Origin: Deltaproteobacteria bacterium
GTDB taxonomy: Bacteria; Myxococcota; Kuafuiibacteriia; Kuafuiibacteriales; Kuafuiibacteriaceae
Direction of reading: 5' to 3'
Length of the DNA: 64,000 nucleotides
Assembly (NCBI GenBank): GCA_040218735.1
Contig: JAVJQW010000011.1
Span: 192,001 to 256,000 of the forward strand
The position numbers and the translations under genes are program-made. This document shows positions 8,456 to 18,668 of this stretch, piece after piece. How positions within the stretch are numbered: position 1 is the first letter of the stretch; each line of letters opens with the position of its first letter. The notes under the pieces were generated by a model. It had not been told where the DNA came from. It worked only from the letters and a program-made list of their open reading frames with translations, and did no database searches.

Positions 8456-11400
8456 GTGCAGCCCGGAGACATCATCGTCCGCCGCTTCCGCATCGAGCGC
8501 CGGATCGGCTCGGGGGGCATGGGGACCGTCTACCGCGGCCGCGACCTCGAATCCGGCGCCCCCGTCGCGGTGAAACGCCTCGACATCCGCGGCAAACACG
8601 ACCAGGAGCGCTTCCTGCGCGAAGCGTCCGTCCTCGCCGACCTCGACCACCCCGGCATCGTCCGCTACGTGGCCCACGGCCTCACCGAGGAGAAGGAGCA
8701 CTACCTCGCGATGGAGTGGGTCGACGGCGTCACGCTGTTCGAGCGCCTCGCGGAGGGGCCCCTCTCGGTGGTCGGCGCCGTAAAGCTCGGCGCGCGCATC
8801 GCCGACGCACTGTCGATCGCCCACCGCCACGGCATCGTCCACCGCGACATCAAACCCCCGAACCTCCTCCTCCCCGGCGGCGACCTCGCCTCGGTGAAGC
8901 TCCTCGACTTCGGCGTCGCGCGCATCACCGGCGCCTCGACCGGTCCGTCCATGACCCGCACCGGCGCCCTCATCGGGACCCCCGGGTACATGGCGCCCGA
9001 ACAAGCGCGTGGCGAGAAGGGCCTCGACCACCGCGCCGACATCTTCTCGCTCGGCAGCGTCCTGTACGAAGCGCTCACCGGGCGCCCGCCCTTCTCCGGA
9101 ACCAACGTGATGGCGGTGCTCGCGAAGATCCTCCTCGAAGAGGCGGTGCCGATCCGCGACGCACGCCCCGACGTCCCGCACGTCCTCGAGCTCCTCATCA
9201 CGCGCATGCTCGCGAAGGATCCCGAGCAACGCCCGGCGCGCATCGAAGAGGTGCTCGCGGAGCTCACGGCGTTCGATACGAAGTCACTCCCCGCGGCGCG
9301 CATCGAGCGCGACCTGTCGGAGGCGCCGACCAAACCGCCGTCGATCGGCGACACCGAGCAGCGCGTCATCTGCGTCGTGCTCTGCGGCGTCGCCGAGGGC
9401 ACCGCGGACACGTGGGCGCCCGACACCGCCGACGCGATGGAGGCCGACCTCACGCGCGTCGTCGAAGACCTCGGCGGCCGCCTCGACCCCCTCCTCGACG
9501 GCTCGAGTGTCATTCACTTCTCCGGCCAGGGCGCGCCCCACGACCTCGCCGCGCAGGCGGCGCGCTGCGCGCTCGCGCTGAAACGCTTCTACGGTGACGC
9601 CCCGGTGGTGGTCGCGACCGGGCGCGGCGTGGTGTCCGAGCGCCTCCCCTTCGGCGAGGTGATCGACCGCGCCGCCCGCACCCTGACGTTCGCCGAGGCC
9701 GGTCAGATACGCGTCGACATCGCGACCGCCGGGCTGCTCGAGGGCCGCTTCGACGTCGAACACGACGGCGCCGGCCCCTACCTCGTCGGCGAACGCGACC
9801 AGGTGCTGATCGGCCGCACGTTCCTCGGGCAGCCCGCGCGCTGCGAGGGGCGTCAGCGCGAGCTCATCACGATCGAAGCGACGTTCGTCGAGTGTGTCTC
9901 CGAGCCGGTCGCGCGTGCGCTGCTGATCACCGCGCCGCCCGGGCTCGGCAAGACGCGCCTGCGCGTCGAGACCGTCGAACGTCTGCGCAGCCGCGAAGAC
10001 GAGCTCGAGGTCTTCTTCGCCACCGCCGACTCCCTCGGCGCCGCCTCTCCCTTCGGCTTGCTCCGCCAGGTCGTGCGGCGCGCCGCCGGCATCCGCGAGG
10101 ACGACCCCGATGAGGAAGCACGCACCAAGTTGAGCGCCCGCGTGGCTCGCGTGGTCGACGCATCGGAGCGCGACGCGGTCACCGCGTTCCTCGGCGAGAT
10201 CGCGGACGTCCCGTTCCCCGACGACTTCTCGGATCGCCTCGCCGCCGCGCGCGGCGACCCGATGTTGATGGGCGACCGCATCAAGGCGGCGTGGACGGAG
10301 TGGCTCGGCGCGGAGGTCGAAGCGCAACCTGTCTTGCTCGTGCTCGACAACCTGCACTGGGGCGACCTCCCGTCCGTCCGGCTGATCGACCACGCGCTGA
10401 AGATCCACGACGAACGACCGCTGATGGTGATCGGCTGCGGCCGCCCCGAGCTGCACCAGACCTTCTTCGAGCTGTGGAGCGACCGCGACGTCCAGGAGCT
10501 CAAGCTCGGCCCGCTCACGAAGAAGGCGAGCGAGAAGCTCGTGAAGAAGGCGCTCCCGGACCTCGACGACGAGCGCCGCGCACAGATCGTCGACAAGGCG
10601 GAGGGCCACCCGTTCCTCCTCGAGGAGCTGATGCGCGCCGTCGTCCGCGGCGAAACGGAGCTGCCAGACTCCGTACTCGGCGTCGTGCAGGCCCAGCTCG
10701 ACGCGCTCGGCCCCGACTACAAACGTGTCCTGCGCGGCGCGAGTGTGTACGGCGATCGGTTCTGGCAAGGTGCGGTCCTCCACCTCCTCGGCGGTGAGGC
10801 GACGACCAGCCGGGTGTCGACCTGGCTCGACGACATCGAGGACCGCGAGCTCATCGAGCGCGAGCGTGACAGCCTCTTCGCGAACGAACGCCAGTACTCG
10901 TTCGGCTCCAGCATCGTCCGCGAGGCAGCGTACGCGATGCTCACCGACGCCGACCGACGCCTCGCGCACGGCCTCGCCGCCCAGTGGCTGGCCGAACACG
11001 GTGAACGCGACGCCGCGATCCTCGCGCAGCACTTCGATCGCAGCGGTCAGGCGGCACGCGCCGTCCCACACTACGTCCGCGCGACCGAACACGCGCTGGA
11101 GGGCAACGACCTCGACGCCGTGCTCGCGCGCGCCCAGCGCGGCGTGGAGTGCGGCGCCCAAGACGAGGACCTCGGCCGCCTTCACCTCCTCGCCGCGACC
11201 GCGCACTACTGGCGCGGCGCCTCGCGCGAGACGATCGCTTCGGCGATCGACGCGACCCAACACGTCGGCCGCGGCACCGTCGAGTGGTTCAACGCCACCG
11301 GCCTCGTACTGTCGTCGCTCGGCCGGCTCGGTGAGCTCGATCAGATCGAACCGTGGATCGAGCGGGTCGAGGCGGCCGACGCCGAGCCCTCGGCGGTCAG

Positions 11401-12352
11401 CGCGCAGGTGAGCTGCCTGTCGAGGAACGCCGAGCACCTGATGATCCTCGGGCGCTCCGACCTGGCATCGCGGCTGTTCACACGCGTCGAGTCGATCGTC
11501 GAAGGTGCTTCGCTCGACGCCCTCGCCGAAGCACGCTGGTTCCGACTGCGCGCGCGTCGCGCGCTCCTCGACGGCGACGTGGGCACGCACGCCACCGGAC
11601 TGATGGACGCCGCGGAGCGCTTCGAGGCCGCGGGCGACATTCGCAACGCGTGCAACGAGCGCATGAACACCGGCTTCGCGCTGTCGCAGCTCGGCGAGTT
11701 CGAGCGCGCCGAGGAGGCGCTGCGTCGCGCGCGCGAAGACGCCGAGCGCGCGGACCTCGGCCAGATCGTCGCGTGGGCCGACAACAACCTCGCGTACGTG
11801 CTGAGCGTGCACGGCGACCTCGACGACGCACGCGCCGTCGGCGAGCGGGCCGCGCAGACCGGCGTCCGGCAGGCCGACCCCCGCCTGGAGGGCACCTCGC
11901 GCACGTACCTCTCCGGCACGTTGCTGCGCGCCGGCGACTACCTCGGCGCGATGCAGGAAGCGGAGCGAGCGGCGGAGCTGTTGGCGTCGATCCCCGCCTC
12001 GCAGGTGGTCGCGCTCGCCGCGAAGACCCGCGCGCTCCTCGCGCTCGGCCAGCCGCTGAAGGCCCTCGCGTCGGCCGAGCAGGCGATGAAACGCCTCGCA
12101 GAGGTCGGTGCGATCGAGGAAGGTGAAGGCCTCGTTCGCCTCGTGTTCGCGGAAGCGCTGCACGCCAACGGCCGCGGAGCGCGCGCGGAGGACGTCATCC
12201 GGGAGGCCCGCACCCTGCTCTTCGCGCGTGCGGCGCGCATCACGGACTTGACCTGGCGCAGCAGCTTCGTCGATCGCGTGATGGAGCACCGTCGGACGAT
12301 CGAGCTCGCCGAAGCGTGGGGCCTCGAAGACGTGCCGACGCTCTCGGGATGA
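8456..12352 (+). CDS. Ser/Thr protein kinase + degenerate cyclase-like domain + STAND/AAA ATPase + TPR-like helical repeats
   Basis: GSGGMG, HRDIKPPN, DFG, APE kinase motifs; Walker A APPGLGKT, Walker B LVLDNLHWGD, GHPFLLEEL; GGAGAAGG RBS before GTG 8456. Confidence 0.92.
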   Translation: MQPGDIIVRRFRIERRIGSGGMGTVYRGRDLESGAPVAVKRLDIRGKHDQERFLREASVLADLDHPGIVRYVAHGLTEEKEHYLAMEWVDGVTLFERLAEGPLSVVGAVKLGARIADALSIAHRHGIVHRDIKPPNLLLPGGDLASVKLLDFGVARITGASTGPSMTRTGALIGTPGYMAPEQARGEKGLDHRADIFSLGSVLYEALTGRPPFSGTNVMAVLAKILLEEAVPIRDARPDVPHVLELLITRMLAKDPEQRPARIEEVLAELTAFDTKSLPAARIERDLSEAPTKPPSIGDTEQRVICVVLCGVAEGTADTWAPDTADAMEADLTRVVEDLGGRLDPLLDGSSVIHFSGQGAPHDLAAQAARCALALKRFYGDAPVVVATGRGVVSERLPFGEVIDRAARTLTFAEAGQIRVDIATAGLLEGRFDVEHDGAGPYLVGERDQVLIGRTFLGQPARCEGRQRELITIEATFVECVSEPVARALLITAPPGLGKTRLRVETVERLRSREDELEVFFATADSLGAASPFGLLRQVVRRAAGIREDDPDEEARTKLSARVARVVDASERDAVTAFLGEIADVPFPDDFSDRLAAARGDPMLMGDRIKAAWTEWLGAEVEAQPVLLVLDNLHWGDLPSVRLIDHALKIHDERPLMVIGCGRPELHQTFFELWSDRDVQELKLGPLTKKASEKLVKKALPDLDDERRAQIVDKAEGHPFLLEELMRAVVRGETELPDSVLGVVQAQLDALGPDYKRVLRGASVYGDRFWQGAVLHLLGGEATTSRVSTWLDDIEDRELIERERDSLFANERQYSFGSSIVREAAYAMLTDADRRLAHGLAAQWLAEHGERDAAILAQHFDRSGQAARAVPHYVRATEHALEGNDLDAVLARAQRGVECGAQDEDLGRLHLLAATAHYWRGASRETIASAIDATQHVGRGTVEWFNATGLVLSSLGRLGELDQIEPWIERVEAADAEPSAVSAQVSCLSRNAEHLMILGRSDLASRLFTRVESIVEGASLDALAEARWFRLRARRALLDGDVGTHATGLMDAAERFEAAGDIRNACNERMNTGFALSQLGEFERAEEALRRAREDAERADLGQIVAWADNNLAYVLSVHGDLDDARAVGERAAQTGVRQADPRLEGTSRTYLSGTLLRAGDYLGAMQEAERAAELLASIPASQVVALAAKTRALLALGQPLKALASAEQAMKRLAEVGAIEEGEGLVRLVFAEALHANGRGARAEDVIREARTLLFARAARITDLTWRSSFVDRVMEHRRTIELAEAWGLEDVPTLSG

Positions 12353-13776
12353 CCACGATGAACCAACGCCACCTCGTCTGCCTCGCCCTCGCCTTCGGTG
12401 CCGCCGGGTGCTTCGACTCCCAGGTCGACGCGGACTTCGTCGCGGTCGACCTCCGCATCGGTTACGACGCCGACTTCCCCGTCGAGCGCTTCGACGTCAG
12501 CGCCCTTCGCGTCAGCGACGACGCCGTCGTCTTCGAAAGCCAGGAGAACGTCCCGGCGCCCACCACCCAGACCTCGACCCGCGCGCTCCGCACGGTGCTC
12601 AACGGAGACGCCTCGTTCGCCGACGCCGAGGCGCGCATCGTCGTCACCGCGGTCGACGCGGACGGCGTCGCGCTCGGCGAGCGCACCACCCGTGTCGTCT
12701 TCGAGCTCGGTCGCATCCTCACCGCGACGGTCGCGTTCTACGCACCGTCGACCTGCGGCGACGGCGTCATCGACGAGGGTGAAGCGTGTGACAGCGCGGG
12801 CGCGGCGGGCTGCAGCCTGACCTGCCAGATCGAAGCGGGTTTTCTGTGCGCGGGCGCGCCGAGTTACTGCGTCATGGAGAGCCGCGTCGCGGTGGTCGAC
12901 TCCAACGCCCCGGCGTGTCCGGGCGAGGGCTCGGTTGTTTCCCCGTTCTGCACGATCCCCCGCGCGGCCATGGCGCCCGCGGTCGACCACTTGTTCGTGC
13001 GCGCAGGCGACTACCGCAGCGCGGTCGTGCTCGACCGCGACCTCACCGTCATCGCGGAGCCGGGCGTCGTCGTCGAGGCGACGACCGCGCCCGTCCTGGA
13101 GGTCTACCGCGCCGACGTCCGCTGGAGCGGCGGCACCATTCGCGGCCTCGGCGGCGTCGGCGGGGGCGTCGGCGTGCGCGGCACCGGCGCGGTGCTCGAG
13201 CTGGAGGACGCGGTCGTGGGCCCGTCGAGCACGGTCGCGATCGCACTGACGGACGGCGGTTACCTCGAAGCGCGCCGCACGCGCATCGCCGGCAACCGAC
13301 AAGGGATGGTGCTCGACTCGCAGGGTGGGTTCACGATCGAGAGCTGCATCGTCGCCAACAACGGCGGGGTCGGCGAGGCGGTCGGCGGCGTGTGGATCCG
13401 TCAGGCGCCTTCCACGTCGCGCATCGCCAACATCACGGTCGCCGACAACACCGGCGCGGCCATCCGGTGCGACGAATCAATCGATCTCCTCAACACGATC
13501 GTGTGGAGCGAGACGACGGTGACGAGCTCCGTCGTCGCGACGTGTGTCCCGGTCTACGCGGACATCGGCCCCGCGGAGGCCGGGCTCTCGCTCCCGACGG
13601 GGAGCTTCAGCCTCGATCCGCAGCTCACACCGGACCAACACCTGTCGCCCGACTCCCCCTGCCGCGACACCGGCGACCCGGACTCGGTCGCGCGCGGCGA
13701 CGCGCCGGCGTTCGACATCGACGGTGACGCGCGACCGCGCGGCCCCAACATCGATATCGGCGCCGACGAGCTGTGA
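12349..13776 (+). CDS. lipoprotein with myxococcal Cys-rich repeat, right-handed beta-helix and C-terminal DIDGDARP..DIGADE motif
   Basis: Lipobox GAAGC; CGDGVIDEGEACD...GCSLTCQIEAGFLC repeat; ATGA overlap with kinase stop. Confidence 0.8.
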   Translation: MTTMNQRHLVCLALAFGAAGCFDSQVDADFVAVDLRIGYDADFPVERFDVSALRVSDDAVVFESQENVPAPTTQTSTRALRTVLNGDASFADAEARIVVTAVDADGVALGERTTRVVFELGRILTATVAFYAPSTCGDGVIDEGEACDSAGAAGCSLTCQIEAGFLCAGAPSYCVMESRVAVVDSNAPACPGEGSVVSPFCTIPRAAMAPAVDHLFVRAGDYRSAVVLDRDLTVIAEPGVVVEATTAPVLEVYRADVRWSGGTIRGLGGVGGGVGVRGTGAVLELEDAVVGPSSTVAIALTDGGYLEARRTRIAGNRQGMVLDSQGGFTIESCIVANNGGVGEAVGGVWIRQAPSTSRIANITVADNTGAAIRCDESIDLLNTIVWSETTVTSSVVATCVPVYADIGPAEAGLSLPTGSFSLDPQLTPDQHLSPDSPCRDTGDPDSVARGDAPAFDIDGDARPRGPNIDIGADEL

Positions 13777-13779
13777 CCG

Positions 13780-14883
13780 TCAGAGCTGAAGCCGCGCTCC
13801 GGCGCTGAAGCGTCCCGCAAAGCCGAACGCGACGTCCGAGCGCCCCTCGGCGGCCTCGACGCGCTTGGCGAACGGCGCGGACAGCGCCGCCGCCGTCCAC
13901 AGCGACAGCGGCCCGACCATCTCGTACACGATCGTCGCACGCATCCCGAGCGTGGCCGCGACGCTCGACGCGGCCCACTGGGTCATCGCGGACGAGGACT
14001 GCCCCGGCGCGAAGCTGCAGGTCGGCGTGCCACACGTCGAAAGGTACGTGTTCACGCCGCTCGCCGATATCGAGCGCACGCTCAACGTGAGCCTCGGCTC
14101 GAACCGAAGGCGCTGATGCGCAAAGCCGAAGTCGCGGCCCACGGACGGCTCGACCTCGATCAGTTGGCCATCCAGCCGCGCCGACGGGCTCCGGCCGTAC
14201 CGCGCCAGGACGCCACCGGCCCACGTCCCGTCGGAGAACGAAAACTCCGCCGCCGGCCCGAGCCACACGTTGCCGTCGTCCGACAACGTCGCCTCCGCGA
14301 GCCCGGCCAGGCGGATATCGAGGCCCGCCTTCGCCGAGGGGTCCGACAGCGACGACCGGTACGTCTGCATCGCGCGCCGGTATTCGTTCGGCGCCTTCGG
14401 CGTCACGACCCGCGTGCGCTTCGCGCGCACCGGCTCCCTTGGTTTCTTCTTGCGCGGCGCGGCCTCGTACGGCGCAAACGGCGCCAGGCGCTCCGCTGCG
14501 ACGCGGGGATCGACGGAGGAGACCAACACGATGGGCTCGCCGCGGGGACGCCGCCGGTGGTTCGCCGGATAGATCGGCACGCGCTTGGGCATCGCGGCCT
14601 CCTCCGGCACGAGCACGCGCGACTCGATCAGCAAGCTCGCTTGCAACACGTCCGGCACGACCCGCTCGAAGCGTTCACCCGTCTGCTGCACACCGACGTA
14701 GACACCGTTGGGATCCGGCGCGACGTGCACGACCGCCGACGAGCACCGCGTGCCGGCGATGCGCTCGAGGTCGAGCCGCCCCACTACGTCGGCGATCAGG
14801 TGCTGATGCCCCCGGAGCGTCACTTCACACGGAGCGGCACCGGGGACGGTCAGCATCCAGAGCGTGGCGAACGCGAGGCTCAT
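13780..14883 (-). CDS. secreted/outer-membrane protein with C-terminal beta-barrel-like region
   Basis: N-terminal hydrophobic signal, amphipathic C-terminal strands; ATGA coupling to upstream cytochrome gene. Confidence 0.6.
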   Translation of the reverse strand: MSLAFATLWMLTVPGAAPCEVTLRGHQHLIADVVGRLDLERIAGTRCSSAVVHVAPDPNGVYVGVQQTGERFERVVPDVLQASLLIESRVLVPEEAAMPKRVPIYPANHRRRPRGEPIVLVSSVDPRVAAERLAPFAPYEAAPRKKKPREPVRAKRTRVVTPKAPNEYRRAMQTYRSSLSDPSAKAGLDIRLAGLAEATLSDDGNVWLGPAAEFSFSDGTWAGGVLARYGRSPSARLDGQLIEVEPSVGRDFGFAHQRLRFEPRLTLSVRSISASGVNTYLSTCGTPTCSFAPGQSSSAMTQWAASSVAATLGMRATIVYEMVGPLSLWTAAALSAPFAKRVEAAEGRSDVAFGFAGRFSAGARLQL

Positions 14884-16742
14884 AGCGACTCGAGGAACCG
14901 GACGAGATCGTCGGTCTCGTCCGACGACAACGTAAACGGCGCCCCCATGGCTCCAGACTGAGCGACACGAACCACGTCGTGCAAGGTGGCCGCGCGGCCG
15001 TCATGGAAGTACGGCGCCGTCGCGCCGACGCCGACCAGCGAGCGCGTGTGCACGCTCTGGAGCCCGAACATCCGATACGGAGCGTTGTCGGTGTACGCCG
15101 CGCCCGCGTGGCAGCTCACACAACCGACCCGCGCGAAGACGGCCGCACCGCGCTCGATGGCGTCGGACTCGACGGCGCGCGGCGTCGGGGTTCGCGTCCA
15201 GTCGATGTAATCGGCGACGTACTGCGACTGCGCCGGCGACAGGCCGCTGCCCGGGCTCATCCCGCGCGACGTCATCATCGCGTTCTCGGCGACCGTGGCG
15301 CGTTGGCCCTCCCAGCGCACGGGCTCGGTCATCGACACACGCCCGGCGAGCGACGGCGTCTGACGCAGGCCGATGTCGAAGAACCACGTCATCCCGTCGT
15401 CGCGTCCGCCGACGTGGCACAGCGCGCAGCTCACGGCACTCCCCGGACGGGTCACGTTCGGATCCATCGTGGAGTAGAAGAGGCGCTGACCGATCTCGAG
15501 CTCGGGTGACAGCACCGACGGCGCGACTTCGATCCACCGCTTCATCGGCAAGGCCTCCTTGGAGCCCGCGACGAGATCGAGGCTGCTGTCCCGCGGGTCG
15601 GCTTCGCCGATGTCGAGCTCGGCGATCGAGCGATCGATGAAGCCGTACACCCAGGCGGTGCGGTTGTCCGTGAACAACACACTCGTGGTGCCCGCGGGGG
15701 CCGCGAGGGTCGTGACCGGGCGCGGCTCGAAGCCGATGTGTCGACCGCCCCGGATGAAGCCGCCGTCGCCGTCGTAGAGGTATCGCGAATCCGAAGCTTC
15801 GTGCTGCGCACCGACGACGACCACGGCTTCGGCGCCTTCGATCGGGACCGCGAGCAACGCGGAGTCGTGGGAGACCGCGACGCCTGAGGGGGCCCCGCTC
15901 AGCGGCGGGTACAGCGCGTAGTCGATGAGCGAGATGACCGCCGCGTTTCCGAGCTCGGGCTCGGCGTCTTCGTCGAGCGGCTGGGCGATCACGACGGGCG
16001 CGGGCTGCATGACGTGGCCGTAGTACTCGGAGTTGGGGTTGGTCGGGATGGGCGTCGCGGTGACGACGTAGATGCCCGGGATGTGCAGGAGTCGCCCGTC
16101 GGGCGCGACGGTCGGATCGCCGGTGAGGCGGAGCGTGGCGGCCTGGGTAGAACCGAGCTCGGGCAAGGCGATGACCTCGGGCGCACGCGTCGCGTCGCGC
16201 AGATCGATACGGACGAGCTGCCGACTTCGCAGCGTCACGACGAAGAGCGCGGCGCCGCTCGGGTGGACCGCGAGGCCGCGGGGCTCGCCCGCGACCGGCC
16301 ACTTCCTCAGCACCTCGAGCGTCGTCGCATCGAGCTCGTAGACGAGGTCTTCCAGCGAGACCGTCACGAAGACGCGGTTCGTCGGGGCGTGGGCCACGAC
16401 CCCGAACGGTTCGGCGCCGAGCTCGACGCTCGTGGTGTAGGTCGGGACGGTGGTGGCGCCGTCGTAGACGCCGAGGGCTCGGACCGAACGGAGTGTCACG
16501 AACAGGCGCTCCCCCAGCTGCGCGATGCGCGTGGGCTCGCCGGCCGCCGCGATGTGGTCGAGCTTCTCGGACTCCGGCTCGAAGCGCGCGATGCTCTCGT
16601 GCACGGGGTTCGCCACGTAGAGCGCCGCGGCGCCCGGCGTCGCGGCGATCGAGGAGCTGCCGTTGGGCGCGGTGAGCTCGAAGGTCGCGTCGGTGCAGCC
16701 GAGCGCAGCAATCATCAGGAGATAAGTGGGGTTACGAACCAA
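14880..16742 (-). CDS. lipoprotein: YncE-like beta-propeller + di-heme cytochrome c peroxidase/MauG-family domain
   Basis: Two CxxCH motifs (CALCH, CVSCH), RQTPSL, APYFHDG; GAEPFGV/GEPRGLAV propeller blades; TTG start after GGAGGG, lipobox AALGC. Confidence 0.85.
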   Translation of the reverse strand: MVRNPTYLLMIAALGCTDATFELTAPNGSSSIAATPGAAALYVANPVHESIARFEPESEKLDHIAAAGEPTRIAQLGERLFVTLRSVRALGVYDGATTVPTYTTSVELGAEPFGVVAHAPTNRVFVTVSLEDLVYELDATTLEVLRKWPVAGEPRGLAVHPSGAALFVVTLRSRQLVRIDLRDATRAPEVIALPELGSTQAATLRLTGDPTVAPDGRLLHIPGIYVVTATPIPTNPNSEYYGHVMQPAPVVIAQPLDEDAEPELGNAAVISLIDYALYPPLSGAPSGVAVSHDSALLAVPIEGAEAVVVVGAQHEASDSRYLYDGDGGFIRGGRHIGFEPRPVTTLAAPAGTTSVLFTDNRTAWVYGFIDRSIAELDIGEADPRDSSLDLVAGSKEALPMKRWIEVAPSVLSPELEIGQRLFYSTMDPNVTRPGSAVSCALCHVGGRDDGMTWFFDIGLRQTPSLAGRVSMTEPVRWEGQRATVAENAMMTSRGMSPGSGLSPAQSQYVADYIDWTRTPTPRAVESDAIERGAAVFARVGCVSCHAGAAYTDNAPYRMFGLQSVHTRSLVGVGATAPYFHDGRAATLHDVVRVAQSGAMGAPFTLSSDETDDLVRFLESL

Positions 16743-16859
16743 TTCTTCGCCCTCCTGCTCCTTTCGTTGCCCCTCGGCCACATTCCTTACGTGGCCGGAG
16801 CGGGCGATTTTTCTTCGTAAGGTTCCAAGGCGAGCGGCAACGTACAGGGGAAGGCGACC

Positions 16860-17465
16860 GTGGCGTCCTCGAACAGCGAGCCGAAGGTGATCGAGCTGCG
16901 ACCGCGCGCGGCGGAGCGCCCCGTGTCCGACGAGGCGCTCATCGTCGCGTGTGGTCTCGGCGACGAGTCGGCCCTCGTTCAGCTCTTCGAACGCCACAAG
17001 GAGTTCGTGCACCGCTACCTGTATCGCTTCTTCCCGAGGGATCCGGAGTACGTCGAGGACCTCGTGCAGTCGACGTTCCTCGAGGTCTGGCGCTGCGCGC
17101 CCCGGTTCCGGAACGGGAGCGCCGGCCGCACGTTCATCGTCGGCATCGCGACGAACCTCTCGCGCATGCGACGACGCGGCGAAGCCCGACGCCGCCGCGC
17201 CATGGACGCGCTCGCCGCCGAGCCCCAGCGCGCCGGAACGACGCCCGAGGAGCGCGCCGTCGTCGGCCAACGCGTACGACGCCTCGAAGCCGCGATCGCC
17301 ACCCTCTCCGAGAAACAGCGGGAGGTGTTCGTGCTGTGTGACCTCGAAGGGTTCAGCGGGGGCGAAGCCGCCGAGACCCTGGGCATCCGCCCCGGCGCCG
17401 TTTGGCGACGGCTCCACGACGCCCGTAAGAAGCTGAGAGCTGCCCTACGAGAGGACGAGCGATGA
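16860..17465 (+). CDS. ECF RNA polymerase sigma factor
   Basis: EDLVQSTFLEVW region 2; LSEKQREVFVLCDLEGFSGGEAAETLGI region 4. Confidence 0.93.
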   Translation: MASSNSEPKVIELRPRAAERPVSDEALIVACGLGDESALVQLFERHKEFVHRYLYRFFPRDPEYVEDLVQSTFLEVWRCAPRFRNGSAGRTFIVGIATNLSRMRRRGEARRRRAMDALAAEPQRAGTTPEERAVVGQRVRRLEAAIATLSEKQREVFVLCDLEGFSGGEAAETLGIRPGAVWRRLHDARKKLRAALREDER

Positions 17466-18661
17466 CCCGTTGTCCGACACCCGAGGCGCTCGACCGCGCC
17501 TTCGTCGAACCCGACGCCGAGATCGATCGGCACATCGCGCGCTGTGAGGCGTGCGCGCGCGAGAAGGCCGAACAAGACGCCTTGATGGCGACGCTCGACC
17601 AGCTCCCCTACGCGCCGATGTCCACCGACCGCAGCGCGTCGATGCGCATCGCGCTCGCGGCCGCGGCGCGCGCGACGCCGCAGCAGCGATCGCGGCGGTG
17701 GCCCGTCGCGTTCGTCGCGGCGGCGGCGGCGGTCGCGGCGGTCGTCGTGCTCCTGAACGGCACGGACACGCGCCCGGCGACGGAAGCGGGTGCGCCCGAG
17801 GCCCGACCGCCGGTCGCGAAGGTCGCGCCCCTACGGCCCGAACAGCTAGAACGGCCCGTACGGCCCGCGCCCGTATCGGCGGTCGAGCTGCGCGACGGCT
17901 CGCCGGTGTTCGAGGTGCCGGCGCTCGGGGTCACGTCGATCGTGGTGCGCACGGACGACGCGGAGATCCGCGCCGAGCGCGCGCGTTTCCAGGTCTTCGC
18001 GGAGGCCGGTTCGCTCGTTCGCCTCCAGGTCATCTCGGGTGTGCTCGAGCTACGTCCGCCGGGCGGCGGAAACATCGCGTTGGAGGCCGGCGAGTCGTGG
18101 ACCGCGGAGCCCGCCGAGGTCGAGCCGGCGGCGGTGGCCCCCGTCGAGCCGAGACGCGTGGTCGAGCGCGCCGCGCCCTCGGGTTCGCAGGCGCAAAAGG
18201 CGAGCGCGACGGGGCGCACGGCGCTGGAGGACGAAGCATCGCGCGCGACGGAGCGCACGGCGTTGGAGGACGAAGCATCGAGCGCGACGGAGCGCGCGGC
18301 GTCGGAGGCGGACACGCCAAGCACGGCGTCCGAGGCGGACGCACCGAGCGCGACCACGGAGGCACCCGCCGAAGCGTCCGGCGACAAAGCGGAGCCCCCG
18401 GCATCCCCGGACGAAGCGTTCGCCTACGCATGGCGCGCGTTCCGCAGCGGCGACTACGCCGCGGCGGCGCACAACTTCGAGATCGCTGCGGAGGGGGACG
18501 GCCCGTTCGCCGAGGACGCGGGTTACTGGCGCGCCATCGCCGAGCTTCGGCGCGGCGACGAAGAACGTGCGGTCGAGTTGCTCGATGCGTTCTTGGAGGG
18601 GCACCCGACCTCGGCGCGTCGGGACGAGGTGCTCCGTCTCAAGGACAAGCTCCTGCGATGA
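17462..18661 (+). CDS. anti-sigma factor: ZAS-like N-terminus, TM helix, FecR-like domain, C-terminal TPR
   Basis: HIARCEAC (HxxxCxxC), single TM, FecR-like VVRTDDAEIRAERARFQV, TPR AEDAGYWRAIA; ATGA coupling to sigma. Confidence 0.8.
   Translation: MTRCPTPEALDRAFVEPDAEIDRHIARCEACAREKAEQDALMATLDQLPYAPMSTDRSASMRIALAAAARATPQQRSRRWPVAFVAAAAAVAAVVVLLNGTDTRPATEAGAPEARPPVAKVAPLRPEQLERPVRPAPVSAVELRDGSPVFEVPALGVTSIVVRTDDAEIRAERARFQVFAEAGSLVRLQVISGVLELRPPGGGNIALEAGESWTAEPAEVEPAAVAPVEPRRVVERAAPSGSQAQKASATGRTALEDEASRATERTALEDEASSATERAASEADTPSTASEADAPSATTEAPAEASGDKAEPPASPDEAFAYAWRAFRSGDYAAAAHNFEIAAEGDGPFAEDAGYWRAIAELRRGDEERAVELLDAFLEGHPTSARRDEVLRLKDKLLR
18201..18349 (+). repeat. intragenic tandem repeats (about 2.5 x 39 bp then 2 x 27 bp) in the anti-sigma linker
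   Basis: Units begin at 18201, 18240, 18279 (ATERTALEDEAS); then ASEADTPS/ASEADAPS. Confidence 0.85.
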
Positions 18662-18668
18662 CCCGCGC

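Noticed and set aside
18201-18349. Possible CRISPR-like repeats (also 61343-61593)
   Set aside because: Contiguous in-frame coding repeats without unique spacers; no cas genes.
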